Of a DNA stretch of 64,000 nt, positions 12,308 to 31,158 are shown piece after piece. Position 1 is the stretch's first letter. Every line of letters begins with the position of its first letter. Both the position numbers and the translations under genes were made by a program. Source of the stretch: Eledone cirrhosa (lineage: Eukaryota); the NCBI GenBank assembly GCA_964016885.1, contig OZ024760.1, positions 14,818,001 through 14,882,000 of the forward strand, read 5' to 3'. The notes under the pieces were generated by a model, which made no database searches, had not been told where the DNA came from, and was given only the letters and a program-made list of their open reading frames with translations.

Positions 12308-12585
12308 TCATCACCGTTTTATGTCCGTTCTTCCACGCTAGCATGGGTTAGACGGGTTGTCTTGTGGGCAGTGTCTGGTCGGCTGACCATGCCTTGCTCA
12401 TACAGGAACTGATTTGGCTTGATTTCTACAGCTGGATGCCCTTCCTAACACCAACCTCATTTACAGTGAGTGATGGGTGCTTTTTCGTGGCGCCTACACG
12501 TCCACTTTACAATGTGGGCTGGGTGCTTTTTTGCCGTGGCACCTCCACGACCACCTTGCAGTGGGAGGGTGTGGGGGCATATTGT
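12305..12585 (-). mobile_element. SINE with RTE-like (GAT)n tail, representative copy (about 20 copies, e.g. 6830-6980, 22065-22235, 26890-27135, 34190-34355, 43545-43785, 45850-46150)
   Basis: core ggttggtgttaggaagggcatccagctgtagaaa and tail aacccatgctagcatggaa..gacgttaaatgatgat. Confidence 0.8.
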
Positions 12586-12594
12586 CTATATGCT

Positions 12595-13067
12595 TCAGCT
12601 TGTACCCATGGGAGGTCGGGTACTCTGTATTACTGCGTGACGCCAGAGGTCACGGTCGTGTGTCATCGCCTTTGAGAGGTGTAATTGGGTAAGGTCGGCT
12701 TTTATCACCTCATCCCAGGTCATCTTGGGTCTCCCCACTCCGCGGTTTCCATCGACTTCTAGTGCTCTGCACCTTTTTATGCAGCTGTCATCCATCATAC
12801 GCATCACATGTCCATACCAACGCAACCGCCTCTCCTGCACACAGCATTTGATTCCTCTTATGCTCAGTCTCTCTCTCAATTCATTTATGTTTTGTCGTTC
12901 GCGTATATTACTATTACACATCCATCGGAGCATGCAGGCTTTGTTTCTCTCTAATCTACGTAAGTCTTCCACCTTCAGCGCTCAGGTCTCACTACCATGT
13001 AACATTGCTGTTCGGATATACGCATCATACAGTCTACCTTTCATTTTGAGGGAGAAGCCTTTTGCAG
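12595..13067 (-). mobile_element. RTE LINE fragment, second subfamily
   Basis: MLRWMC...RRLRWYGHVMRM...GRPKMTWDEVIKADL. Confidence 0.85.
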
Positions 13068-13068
13068 C

Positions 13069-13099
<31 letters not shown>

Positions 13100-13952
13100 A
13101 TACACTATACAGACATACATGCATACATATATATGTGTATATACACCATATAGACATATATATATATACATATATACACACACATGCACACAAACACACA
13201 CATGGTAGGAGACATGGTAAAAAGCTCCCAGTCCACACTGTAAATGTGGTTGGTGTTAGGAAGGGCATCCAGCTGTAGAAAACCTGCCAGATAGTCCTAT
13301 ACGAGCGAGACATGATCACCCGATCAATCTTGCCTCAAGTGGGACAATAAATGATGATGATATATATATGTACATAAACACACACACATATAAATATATA
13401 TAATTGAATATAAAAGAGAGATAAACACAGATATTTACATATATGTGTTCAAATCGTAAAGGACCAGATCCAATGTCTGGATGTACAATTGACAGTTGTT
13501 ACAATTTCGGTTTGTATTTTTTCTTAATTTATTCTTTTAAATTGAGTCTGGCAAACCACACTGTTCATAGTTAGTATCTTTTTTACCCTAGCGAATCTGG
13601 TCTCTTACGATTTGAACATGTATATGTATATATCTGTGTTTATCTTTCTTTTATATTCAATTATATTACACGGCCCGGAAAATTTTTTTTTCCTTGAGCT
13701 ATTTAATTGTAAGAGACTATTTTGAATTTCTAATTCAATATATACCTTTGATATATATGCACTTTTTTGATGGGTTGTGGTGCACCTGGGCACTGTGCAC
13801 AATATTTCATTATTGTTATTGTTATTATATCATGACTCATACACTGTTTATTTTCCTGACATTTGTACATGATTCTATGTACTATATATGCACCTTTGAT
13901 GAGTTGTAGTGCACCTGAGCACTGTACACAATAATTTCATTATTATTATTAT

Positions 13953-13984
<32 letters not shown>

Positions 13985-14363
13985 TATGGGCAGCAACTGC
14001 AGAATATGTGTGAACAACCAAGCATAGATGAGTTGAGAGAGAAACTATGTATAAGAGGGATAAGATGTAGTTTGCGGGAGAGAAGACTGCAATGGTATGG
14101 ACATGTGATGCGCATGGAGGATGACCGCTGGGTAAAGAAGTGCCAAGAAATCCCAGTAGAAGGAAGACGCAGTAGAGGAAGACCACGAAAAACATGGGCG
14201 GAGGTGGTAAGAGCGGACCTCAGATCCCTGAAGCTTACGTAGGAGATGATGAAGGACCGTGACAAGTGGAGAGATGTTATGCTGAATTGGACCGGTCCCA
14301 CCCTTGCAAGCAAGGAAAAGCGGACGTAAAATGATGATGTATGTACACACACACAAACATATA

Positions 14364-14404
<41 letters not shown>

Positions 14405-14776
14405 ATATATATGCATGAGTGAGGGCTTTTTTAAAGTGTTTTCATCAAATAATAAAAGCGTAGGTGTGTCGCCTATTACTGTTAGATGTAATATATAACC
14501 CTAACTCTCACCATAACCCATGCTAGCATGGAAGATAGACGTTAAATGATATATATATATTATGTAAGATAAAACATTTACCACAAAAATACAATAGTAA
14601 ATATAGAGTAATATGGGTTAAAGGGTTAATATACATTTTTTGTCTTTTACAATGGTAAAGGGTTAAATGCTAAAGGGTTAATAACATTTTTGTCTTTTTT
14701 TAATTGCAAATATGAGAGATCAGCTGACCCTCTACTCCTTTGTGTCTTCTAATCCATTTTCTATTTCATCCACCAG

Positions 14777-14953
14777 ATTGACTACCTTCAAGATAATGTG
14801 TATGTTAGTGCGACTCTGTTGGACAAGGCACCAGTGAAAGACCAAAATAAAGAACAGTACCCAGAACCAGGATTGGAAGATGCCTATACACAAATCATCC
14901 AGGCTCTCCAATACAACGGCTTTTTGATCACATTAATCGATTTGGACGGCATT
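14777..14953 (+). CDS. Gene A exon
   Basis: ccaccag|...ATT|gtaagt; IDYLQDNVYVSATLLDKAPV...PGLEDAYTQIIQALQYNGFLITLIDLDGI; 177 nt, phase 0. Confidence 0.85.
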
Positions 14954-15664
14954 GTAAGTATCTAAACTGAATGTGAAGGTGAGCATGACCTAGTGGTTAG
15001 AGATGTTGAGCTGTTGATCATTAGGATATCAGTTCAGTTGCTAGTGTGGGTGGTATATCACCTGATGAGCTTTCAATCGTAAGGTTGTGAGTTCAATTCA
15101 TGAACTGGGTGGTAGGGCTGTTGACTTGTTGATCATAAGGTCATGGGTTTGATTCCTGGACCGCTTAGTACAGGTTAGGGTGCTGGACTCCTGATCATAA
15201 GGTTCTTGGTTCAATTCCTGAACTGGATGGTACATCACCTAATGGTTAGGGCTATTAAGCTCTCAATCATATGGTCGTGGATTTGATTCCTGAGCCAGGT
15301 GATATATCCCCAAATGGTTAGGGCTGTTGAGTTATTGATCATAAGGTCATGGGTTTGATTCCTGAACTGGGTGGTAGATCAACTAATGGTTTAGGGCTGT
15401 TGACCTGAAGGTTATGCCTTGCAGTGGGATTGAACCTAAGGCCTAATGATTCCAAAACAAACTTCTTAACCATTCGGCTATGACTATCCAACGATATATG
15501 AAATTTAAATGTAAATAAATAATTTGTTTTTAGAAGTACTGAGTGAGTTACGAACCTTCGACAATTAAGACAACTTTAACCCTTTAGCATTTACATTACT
15601 CTATATATAGTATTATATTTTTGTGGTAAAGGCTTTATCTCACATAATATCAAATCTATTTCAG

Positions 15665-15809
15665 GAACAAGATATTCAAGGAAAACTGGCAGAGCGACCA
15701 ACTACGATGACACCACAATTAACAGGATCATCATCAAATCCTAAAACAACATCAAATCCTAAAACAACATCAAATCCTAAAACAACATCAAATCCTAAAA
15801 CAATAACTG
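15665..15809 (+). CDS. Gene A exon, S/T-rich stalk
   Basis: atttcag|...ACTG|gtatgt; EQDIQGKLAERPTTMTPQLTGSS(SNPKTT)x3SNPKTIT; phase 0 to 1. Confidence 0.75.
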
Positions 15810-17644
15810 GTATGTTTAAATATATATATTTCTGTAAATGTGGTTGGTGTTAGAAAGGGCATCCAACTGTAGAAAACCTGCCAGACAGTCCTATGCGAGC
15901 AAGACAATCACTCTTGCCTCAAGTGGGAAAACCCCCGTCCAAACCCATGCAAGCGTGGAACACGGACGTTAAACGATGATGATGATGATGATGATGATGA
16001 TTTCATCTTCGTTTAACGGCCATCTTCCACGCTAGCATGGGTTATGCTTATATATATATATATATATAGGCTTAAAAATGGAGTTTGAATAAGAAGAAAG
16101 CAAGAAGGGGGGGGGGCAGTTACATTCATCTGTTGTCTACTGGGGGTCTTGGATATTTCAATCCTTTAAAGACAATATATCTACCCCCAGAGGGTTCAAT
16201 AACTGGGTAAGCCATATACACACAAACACAGACATACACACACACACACAACACAACCATACACACACACAAACACAGACATACACACACACACACACAG
16301 CACAACCATACACACACAGCCACAACACAGTCATACACACACAGTCACACACAACACAGCCATACACACACAACACAGCCATACACACACAACCCAACCA
16401 TACACACACACAACACAGCCATACACACACAACACAGCCATATACACACAACACAGCCATACACACACACAACAGAGCCACACACACACACCCACAACAC
16501 AGCCATACACAGCCACAACACAGCCATACACACACAACACAACAACACAGCCATATACACACACAACACAGCTATACATACAGCTACCATCATAAAGAGT
16601 TGACCTTTCACACAAGACACAACTGAGAGCTACTCAGATTATTTTAAAACAAACTAACCCCAAATTAAATTATTGTCTCATTTAACTAATTATTCTGTCA
16701 ATTGTTTATGTCTCCTCCCCACCCCCACTGTCCCATTGTCAGCAAATGGGGGGGGGGTGATTGTTGTGGTAGTGGTTGTGGTGTTAGTGGGTGTGGTAGT
16801 GGTGGTGTTGGTAGTGGGTATGGTGGTGTTGGTAGTGGGGCTGGTGGTGGCGGTGGCGGTGGTGTTGGTAGTGGGTATGGTGGTGTTGGTAGTGGGGCTG
16901 GTGGTGGTGGTGGCGGTGGCAGTAGTGGTGGTGTTGGTAGTGGGGATGGTGGTGTTGGTTGGGCTGGTGGTAGTGGGGCTGGTGGTGGTGGTGGCGGTGG
17001 CAGTAGTAGTGATAGTGGTAGTGGGTGTGGTGGTTGTGATAGAAATGACTGTGGTGGTAGTGGTGGTGTTGAAAAGAATTAAATAAATAACATGATTCAT
17101 AGAGTCACAGACTCATTCAGACAACCATTCTCATTCCAAAGAGAAGCCAGCAACCAATGAAATCAGCCAATCACGATACAGGTTTGTTGATATCTTCTTC
17201 TTCCCTCTCTCATACATACAATAATAATTGTTTCTACTTTTGGCACAAGGCCAGCAACCTCGGCAGGATTTGAACTCAGAACGTAAAGGGCCGTAACTCT
17301 ATGCCACAAAGCATGTTGTTTGATGCTCTACCGATACTGCCAAATAATAATAATGGTTTCTGATTTAGGCACAAGGCCAACAATTTTTGGGGAGGAGAAA
17401 GTCGATTAAATCGACTCCAGTGCATGGCTGGTACTTTATTTTATCGAACCCTCAAGGATGAAGGGCAAAGCTAAACTTGGTGGGATTTGAACTCAGAACG
17501 TAAAGGGATGTAACTCTATGTCGCTAAGCATGTTGTCTGACGCTCTACTGATTCTGCCAATCCAGCTGGTGATGGAGAAGAAACTTACATGAAACTACAC
17601 CAGAGAAATAAACAATACACCGCTTCCCCCTGTTGCTGTACCAT

Positions 17645-18470
17645 TTCCTGCCCCTGCTTCTGCTATCACCAACATCGCCCCCTGCTTCTGCCATCACCAA
17701 CATCGCCCCTGCTTTTGCCATCACCAACATCTCTCCCTGCTTCTGCCATCACCAACATCCCCCCCTGCTTCTGCCACCACCAACATCTCTCCTGCTTCTG
17801 CCACCACCAACATCACCCTGCTTCTGCCACCACCAACATCTCTCCTGCTTCTGCCACCACCAACATCACCCTGCTTCTGCCACCACCAACATCTCTCCTG
17901 CTTCTGCCACCACCAACATCACCCTGCTTCTGCCACCACCAACATCACCCTGCTTCTGCCACCACCAACATCACCCTGCTTCTGCCACCACCAACATCAC
18001 CCTGCTTCTGCCACCACCAACATCTCTCCTGCTTCTGCCACCACCAACATTACCCTGCTTCTGCCACCACCAACATTACCCTGCTTCTGCCACCACCAAC
18101 ATCACCCTGCTTCTGCCACCACCAACATCACCCTGCTTCTGCCACCACCAACATCTCTCCTACTTCTGCCACCACCAACATCTCTCCTGCTTCTGCCACC
18201 ACCAACATCACCCTGCTTCTGCCACCACCAACATCACCCTGCTTCTGCCACCACCAACATCACCCTGCTTCTGCCACCACCAACATCTCTCCTGCTTCTG
18301 CCACCACCAACATCTCTCCTGCTTCTGCCACCACCAACATCACCCTGCTTCTGCCACCACCAACATCACCCTGCTTCTGCCACCACCAACATCTCTCCTG
18401 CTTCTGCCACCACCAACATCTCTCCTGCTTCTGCCACCACCAACATCACCCTGCTTCTGCCACCAACTAC
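17645..18470. repeat. 26/27-bp minisatellite
   Basis: cctgcttctgccaccaccaacatc(ac/tct) units. Confidence 0.95.
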
Positions 18471-18527
18471 CACAAGCACAACCAGTAAGGTCTCTCTCTC
18501 TCTCTCTTTCTGTTCCTTCTTCTGCAG

Positions 18528-18658
18528 GTAAAATGGTAGGAATTGGTATTGGCATGCTTCTTACAGGGATCCTTCTAGCCACTATCAGTTTCATCTTGTA
18601 CGGTAGAATAGGACCAAAGAAAGACCCAAAGGCATTACTGATTAATGAAAATCTCTAA
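18528..18658 (+). CDS. Gene A last coding exon, TM helix and cytoplasmic tail
   Basis: long pyrimidine tract ctgcag|; GKMVGIGIGMLLTGILLATISFILYGRIGPKKDPKALLINENL*; phase 1 matches previous donor. Confidence 0.85.
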
Positions 18659-18809
18659 AATTGATGATTCGCAACGAAGAGGATTTATAATGCAGGGGAT
18701 TTACACGAATGTGACGAAAATAGAAAAAGAAGGGGTTTGGCATAACTTTTATAGGAGAAATACCTTGTATTTATGACACTATATTTTACCCTCATGGAGA
18801 AGGAACAAT

Positions 18810-19310
18810 ATATATACATATATATACATCTACATATGTATATATATAAACATACATATACTTATACATACAGATATTATATATATATATATATATATAT
18901 AAACATACATGTATTTAAACATACATATATTATATATATATATATAAACATACATATATATATAAACATGTATTTATACCTACATATATTATATAAATGT
19001 AAACATACATGTATTTATACATACAGATATATATATATATATGTAAACATACATATATTGTATATATATATATATATAAGCATACATATATTGTATATAT
19101 ATATATATATATAAAAGCATACATATATTGTATATATATATATATATATATAAGCATACATATATTGTATGTATATATATAAGCATACATATATTGTATA
19201 TATATATATAAGCATACATATATTGTATATATATATATAAGCATACATATATTGTATATATATATATAAGCATACATATATTATATATATATATATATAT
19301 ATAAGCATAC

Positions 19311-19344
<34 letters not shown>

Positions 19345-19351
19345 AGCATAC

Positions 19352-19387
<36 letters not shown>

Positions 19388-20412
19388 NNNNNNNNNNNNN
19401 NNNNNNNNNNNNNNNNNNNNNNNNNNNNNNNNNNNNNNNNNNNNNNNNNNNNNNNNNNNNNNNNNNNNNNNNNNNNNNNNNNNNNNNNNNNNNNNNNNNN
19501 NNNNNNNNNNNNNNNNNNNNNNNNNNNNNNNNNNNNNNNNNNNNNNNNNNNNNNNNNNNNNNNNNNNNNNNNNNNNNNNNNNNNNNNTATAAGCATATAT
19601 ATATAAGCATATATATATATATATATATATATAAGCATATATATATATATATATATAAGCATATATATATATATATATAAGCATATATATAAGCATATAT
19701 ATATAAGCATATATATATATATATATATATAAGCATATATATATATATATATATATATATAAGCATATATATATATATATATATATAAGCATATATATAT
19801 ATATATATATATAAGCATATATATATAAGCATATATATAAGCATATATATATAAGCATATATATATATATATATATATAAGCATATATATATATATATAT
19901 ATATAAGCATATATATATATATATAAGCATATATATATATATATATATATAAGCGCATATATATATATATATATATAAGCACATATATATATATATAAGC
20001 ATATATATATATATATATATAAGCATATATATATATATATATATATATATAAGCATATATATATATATATATATATAAGTATATATATATATATATATAT
20101 AAGCATATATATATATATATATATATAAGCATATATATATATATATATATATATATAAGCATCTATATATATATATATATAAGCATATATATATATATAT
20201 ATAAGCATATATATATATATATATAAGCATATATATATATATAAGCATATATATATATATATATATATAAGCATATATATATATATATATAAGCATATAT
20301 ATATATATATATAAGCATATATATATATATATATATAAGCATATATATATATATATATATATAAGCATATATATATATATAAGCATATATATATATATAT
20401 ATATATATATAA

Positions 20413-20447
<35 letters not shown>

Positions 20448-20523
20448 CATATATATATATATATATAAGCATATATATATATAATATATATAAGCATATA
20501 TATATATATATATATATATATAA

Positions 20524-20562
<39 letters not shown>

Positions 20563-20788
20563 CATATATATATATATATATATATATAAGCATATATATA
20601 TATATATATATAAGCATATATATATATATATATAAGCATATATAATATATATATAAGCATATATATATATATATATATAAGCATATATATATATATATAT
20701 ATAAGCATATATATATATATAAGCATATATATATATATATAAGCATATATATATATATAAATAAGCATATATATATATATATATATAA

Positions 20789-20825
<37 letters not shown>

Positions 20826-21631
20826 CATATATATATATATATATATATATAAGCATATATATATATATATATATACAATATTAAATAAATGGAAAACTAT
20901 ATTTATAAAACCATATTTATTTCATTATATATATTTCGGGGATATCATATTAACAATATGCTATGCCTTCATCAGACAAAATACAATATAAACAGTTTTA
21001 TAGATAAATATATTCGACATACCGTAATAAACATCAACTTCATTTATAAGCATATATATATATATATATAAGCATATATATATATATATAAGCATATATA
21101 TATATATATATAAGCATATATATATATAAGCATATATATATATATATATAAGCATATATATATATATATATAAGCATATATATATATATATATAAGCATA
21201 TATATATATATATATATAAGCATATATATATATATATAAGCATATATATATATATATATATAAGCATATATATATATATATAAGCATATATATATATATA
21301 TATAAGCATATATATATATATATATATATAAGCATATATATATATATATATAAGCATATATATATATATATATAAGCATATATATATATATATATAAGCA
21401 TATATATATATATATATATAAGCATATATATATATATATATATATATAAGCATATATATATATATATATATATAAGCATATATATATATATATATATAAG
21501 CATATATATATATATATATATAAGCATATATATATATATATATAAGCATATATATATATATAAGCATATATATATATATATATATAAGCATATATATATA
21601 TATATATATATATATAAGCATATATATATAA

Positions 21632-21718
<87 letters not shown>

Positions 21719-22675
21719 CATATATATATATATATAAGCATATATATATATAAGCATATATATATATATATAAGCATATATATATATATATATAAGCATA
21801 TATATATATATAAGCATATATATATATATATAAGCATATATATATATATATATATATATATAAGCATATATATATATATATATAAGCATATATATATATA
21901 AGCATATATATATATATATATAAGCATATATATATATAAGCATATATATATATATATATATAAGCATATATATATATATATAAGCATATATATATATATA
22001 TAAGCATATATATATATATATAAGCATATATATATATATATATAAGCATATATACATATATACACACTGTAAATGTGGTTGGTGTTAGGAAGGGCATCCA
22101 ACTGTAGAAAACCCGCCAGACAGTCCTATGCGAGCAAGACAACCACTGTTGCCTCAAGTGGGAAAACCCCCGTCCAAACCCATGCAAGCGTGGAACACGG
22201 ACGCTAAACCTGATGATGATGATGATGATGATGATGATATATATATATATATATATATAAGCATATATATATATATATATATATATATAAGCATATATAT
22301 ATATATATATAAGCATATATATATATATATATAAGCATATATATATATATATATAAGCATATATATATATATATATAAGCATATATATATATATATATAT
22401 ATAAGCATATATATATATATATATATATAAAAGCATATATATATATATATAAGCATATATATATATATATATATATAAGCATATATATATATATATATAT
22501 ATAAGCATATATATATATATATATAAGCATATATATATATATATATAAGCATATATATATATATATATATAAGCATATATATATATATATATAATATATA
22601 TATATAAGCATATATATATATATATATATAAGCATATATATATATATATATAAGCATATATATATATATATATAA

Positions 22676-22710
<35 letters not shown>

Positions 22711-22743
22711 TATATATTATATATATATATATATGCATATATA
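18810..22743. repeat. (TA)n-AGCA compound satellite
   Basis: TA tracts punctuated by AGCA/AGCATACA. Confidence 0.95.
19388..19587. other. Assembly gap (200 N)
   Basis: run of n. Confidence 1.
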
Positions 22744-24918
22744 TACTCTTTTACTCTTTTACCTGTTTCAGCCATCCGGCTGAGGCCATGCTGGGGCACC
22801 GCCCTTGTTGCTACACATTTTATCTCCAGCCTGTATAGGTTGGCCACTGGTGTAGGAGGGAGTTTGTTGCTGCTGCCCTTAGGTTTCCCTCGTGTCTTGC
22901 TGTGGGCTCATCCGGGATCCTGGATAACAAGGTGTCGAGATGTTTCTTAAAGACATCCACCTCCACGTCATGCAAGTCTCGCAGATGCCTCGGCAGCCTG
23001 TTGAAGAGTTGAGGGCCCTTGAATCCCAGGCTATTGCAATACCTGCTCCTTATTCTAGATGTGGAAGACGGGACCTTTGGCAACCACACAGTGACGTCCT
23101 GTTCGACGGTTGGTCCAGCTCCCAATGCCAAAGTTTGGTGCTAGTCCCTCCAGGATTTTCCACATGTAGATCACTGCGTATCTCTCCCGTCTTCGCTCCA
23201 GGGAGTAGAGGTTCAGTTCCTTCAGCCTCTCCCAGTAGCTTGTCTCCCTCATCTTGGCAATCCTCTTGGTGTAGCTTCGCTGGATTGCCTCAAGCTCTGT
23301 GGTTAGTTTGACACTATGGGGTGACCACAGCTGGGAGCAGTAGTCCAGGCGGCTTAGGACAAAAGTCCTCCACAGTGTCAACATGGTGTCTCGATCTCTT
23401 GTAAGGAAAGTCCTCAAGATCCAGCCAGCGAATCGTCTACATGCTGTCGCCACCTTCATGATGTGTGAAGAAAAAGATGCATCATCGCTCATGTCTATGC
23501 CCAGGTCTCGTATCGATTTTGACACGGGGATATCGGTCCCTCCTGGTCCTGTGTAGCTGTGTTCCGCTATATTTGTGTTTGTGTTTGCAGGTTTGTATTG
23601 TAGGGCTTGGAATTTGCCAGCATTAAACTGCATGTTGTTTTCTTCCGCCCATCTGTATATGGCATCCAGATCCTGCTGTAAGAGGGCAGCGTCAGCCGGG
23701 TTTTTGATTGCCTGTGCTACCTTAGTGTCATCAGCATAGCTAGTGAGGGATGTTGTTGCATGCACCACAGAGGCATGTCCGAGAGAGCCACCAAAACAGT
23801 AGTGGTCCCAGGACTGTCCCCTGAGGCACCCCACTTGTTATCGGTGTTTCCCTCGAGAGGGCCCCATTTGCTGCGACTGCCTGGCTTCTGTCCCTCAGGA
23901 AGCCATGCAGCCACTCACCTACTTTTCCAGTTATGCCGAGTCCGTGTAGTTTGTGACATATCATTCCGTGGTCGACCTTGTCAAAGGCCTTCGCAAAGTC
24001 AAGATATATCACGTCTACATGTGAGCTGTCTAGTAGCTGTCTCAGTACCCAGTCGTAGTGATGTAGCAGCTGTGTAAGGCAGCTTCTTCCTGGGCGGAAG
24101 CCATGTTGCGTGCTAGTCAGGCGGTCATTTTCTTCGAGGAAAGTGATTAGTTTCTTTCTGACGACTCGCTCCATGACCTTACTGATATGCGACGTCAGGG
24201 AGACTGGCCTATAGTTCTTGGCCTCCGCTCTACTACCTCCTTTATGGATAGGGCATATTGTGCGTTCTTTCAGCTCCCTGGGTAGTACACCGCTAGCCAA
24301 GGAGCTTCTGAAGAGCATCTTCAGTGGAGTTGCTAAGGCCCGCTTACATAATTTTAGGAGAACTGCTGGGAATCCATCAGGTCCAGCAGCCGAGTCTGTT
24401 CTAATTTCATCAATGGCGTACACCACATCCTCCTCCGTTATGTCTATGTGGTTGATGGTTGCCATTTCTTGATGTAGTGTTGTGGCATCAAAGAACTCCT
24501 CTGGCTTCGTTATTTGCATGTGCCTCAGTGGACATGTGAAGACACTTTTGTACTGTTCGTTCAGTATTTCACATATCTCTTGGGGATTTTCGGTTAATGA
24601 ACCGTCCGTGTGGAAGAGTGGTCCAATCTTGCAGGAACCGTCCGTGTGGAAGAGTGGTCCAATCTTGCAGTGTACTGAGGCAGTTTCTTTTGCAAATTTA
24701 AAGAAGGCCTTAGGGTTTGTTTTAATGTTTTCTATGGCCCTGTTCTCTTTCCTTGCCCTCTCATTCTCATGTGAAAGCTTGAGTGCAATCTCGGTGTCAA
24801 GTAGTGCACGTTTCAAATAGGATTCCTTCTTGTTTTGGTTTTGTTGACTATTCAACTGGTTTGAGAGTTTAGTTCTACGTCTCATAAGGATTTTCCTATC
24901 TCTGGGAATAAGATTTTT
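22744..24918 (-). mobile_element. 5'-truncated CR1/L2-group LINE, frameshifted RT, inserted in (TA)n
   Basis: NYRPVSLTS, QHGFRPGRSCLTQL, YLDFAKAFDKVDH, SGVPQGTVLGPLLF, YADDTK, SRLDYCSQLW; (GTAAAAGA)n tail. Confidence 0.92.
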
Positions 24919-29470
<4,552 letters not shown>

Positions 29471-29937
29471 ATAGGAAAAGAGTCAGGACCCCACCGGCTG
29501 AGCTCCGGCCGTTTTGACAGCTAGATCGAAACAGTTCAGATCTAGCTGTCGAAACAGCCGGAGGAGTCATGACTCTTTTCTTATTACCCACTCTACTACC
29601 CTAAGTATCGAGTACTCTGGTGCGTTATGGTCCACCTGGTATCTTACCACACCTTCTTTGTTTCTTATATTATATATATGTAAACATACATATACATATA
29701 AACATACATACATAAATATATCTATAATAATAATGAAATTATTGTGTACAGTGCTTAGGTGCACTACAACTCATCAAAGGTGCATGTATAGTACATAGAA
29801 TAATGTACAAATGTCAGGAAAGTGAACAGTGTATGAGTCATGATATACACACAGATACATGCGTATGTGTGTATGGATATATATAAAAACAAAAACAGAC
29901 TAAAACAAAATAAAGACAATATATGATGTAAATTACT

Positions 29938-29943
29938 TTTATT
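29938..29943 (-). promoter_or_regulatory. Predicted MUTYH polyadenylation signal
   Basis: First AATAAA on the - strand after the MUTYH stop, followed by a T/GT-rich downstream tract (about 29885-29920). Confidence 0.5.
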
Positions 29944-30506
29944 AGGAAATTTCAGTGTGTTTCTTAAAAAAATTCTTCAAATAGTTTGTTGGATCAATCC
30001 CCAATACATGGTTCCTTGGCCTAAGTGTCTTTTACTAGGGTTCAATGAAGCCTTTGAGGAGTGAAACTTTTAGAAGATGGAAATGGTGCCAAAGAACCTC
30101 AAGGGGAAGGGATATGATTTATATATATATATATATTATATTATATTATATATCAACAGTTGATTGACTTTCATTAAATCGCGCCGAAGAAATAATGTTT
30201 CTGTTGGTCTTTCCAATTGCTAATACTATCTATTGGTCGCAACTCTAGGCAGAGGGAGCAATGTGAAATAAAGTGTCTTGCTCAAGGACATAACGCATCG
30301 CCTGATCCAGGAATCGAACTCACCACCTCACGATTGTGAATCCAACTCTCTTACCACTCAGCCACGTATATCATCATCATCATCATCATCATCAACGTCC
30401 GTGTTCCACGCTTGCATGGGTTTGGACGGGGGTTTTCCCACTTGAGGCAAGAGTGATTGTCTTGCTCGCATAGGACTGTCTGGCAGGTTTTCTACAGTTG
30501 GATATA

Positions 30507-30635
30507 TTTTAATATAGATGAGATTCTACAGGACTAGAACTGTTTCATTCTTTAGAAATCATCAGGAATCAGATTCCTGATGATTTCTAAAGAATGAAAC
30601 TGTTCTAGTCCTGTAGAATCTCATCTATATTAAAA
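30507..30635. repeat. 129-bp palindrome (64-bp arms, 1 mismatch) containing hammerhead-like motifs
   Basis: arms 30507-30570 and 30572-30635 are reverse complements. Confidence 0.9.
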
Positions 30636-31044
30636 CTTTTATACTCTACAATGTATTGAGTACCTTACTTACTGTGGTTACCTCCGACTCAACCCGGAAT
30701 AACGTACGTATATATATATATAATATATATACACCCATGCTAGCGTGTTAGATGGACGTTAAATGATGATGATGATATATATATTATAATGTTATATATA
30801 TATAATATAATATAATATATTATTTTTATATGTATATATATTGTTAGTCTGCAGTACTGGGACCGGGAAGATCACAAATTAAAGGAGTATTCAATACATG
30901 GGAAGACACAGAGTGGATATATTAGTAAAAGTAGAGAATCTACTACAAGCTCGACCATTTTAGCTAGTTACTTCTTCATAGATATACGCACACATATATA
31001 TTCACATATGTAGCGTATACGTGTGTATTAATTTTCCGTTTATC

Positions 31045-31158
31045 TCAAGTGGTGGGTGCTGTTGAAGATTTGAAATATGAATCCATTAAGGATCTCTGTC
31101 GCTTTGTTTGTCTTTCATCTCCGTTAATTTTGTGTTTGGTGGATGGTTTTTTGTGGAG
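31045..31158 (-). CDS. MUTYH: MUTYH last exon (PIP-like motif)
   Basis: ttacag|LHKKPSTKHKINGDERQTKRQRSLMDSYFKSSTAPTT*. Confidence 0.8.
   Translation of the reverse strand, partial: LHKKPSTKHKINGDERQTKRQRSLMDSYFKSSTAPTT

Noticed and set aside
14985-15480. tRNA-like repeats
   Set aside because: Degenerate tandem SINE heads with A/B-box remnants but no intact cloverleaf
16673-17100. Mucin-like or Gly-rich ORFs
   Set aside because: (GGT/ACC)n-derived repeat open on both strands, no convincing splice sites
17589-18488. PASATTNI mucin-like extension of the gene A last exon
   Set aside because: Mixed 26/27-bp units cycle through frames; a strong phase-matched acceptor exists at 18527
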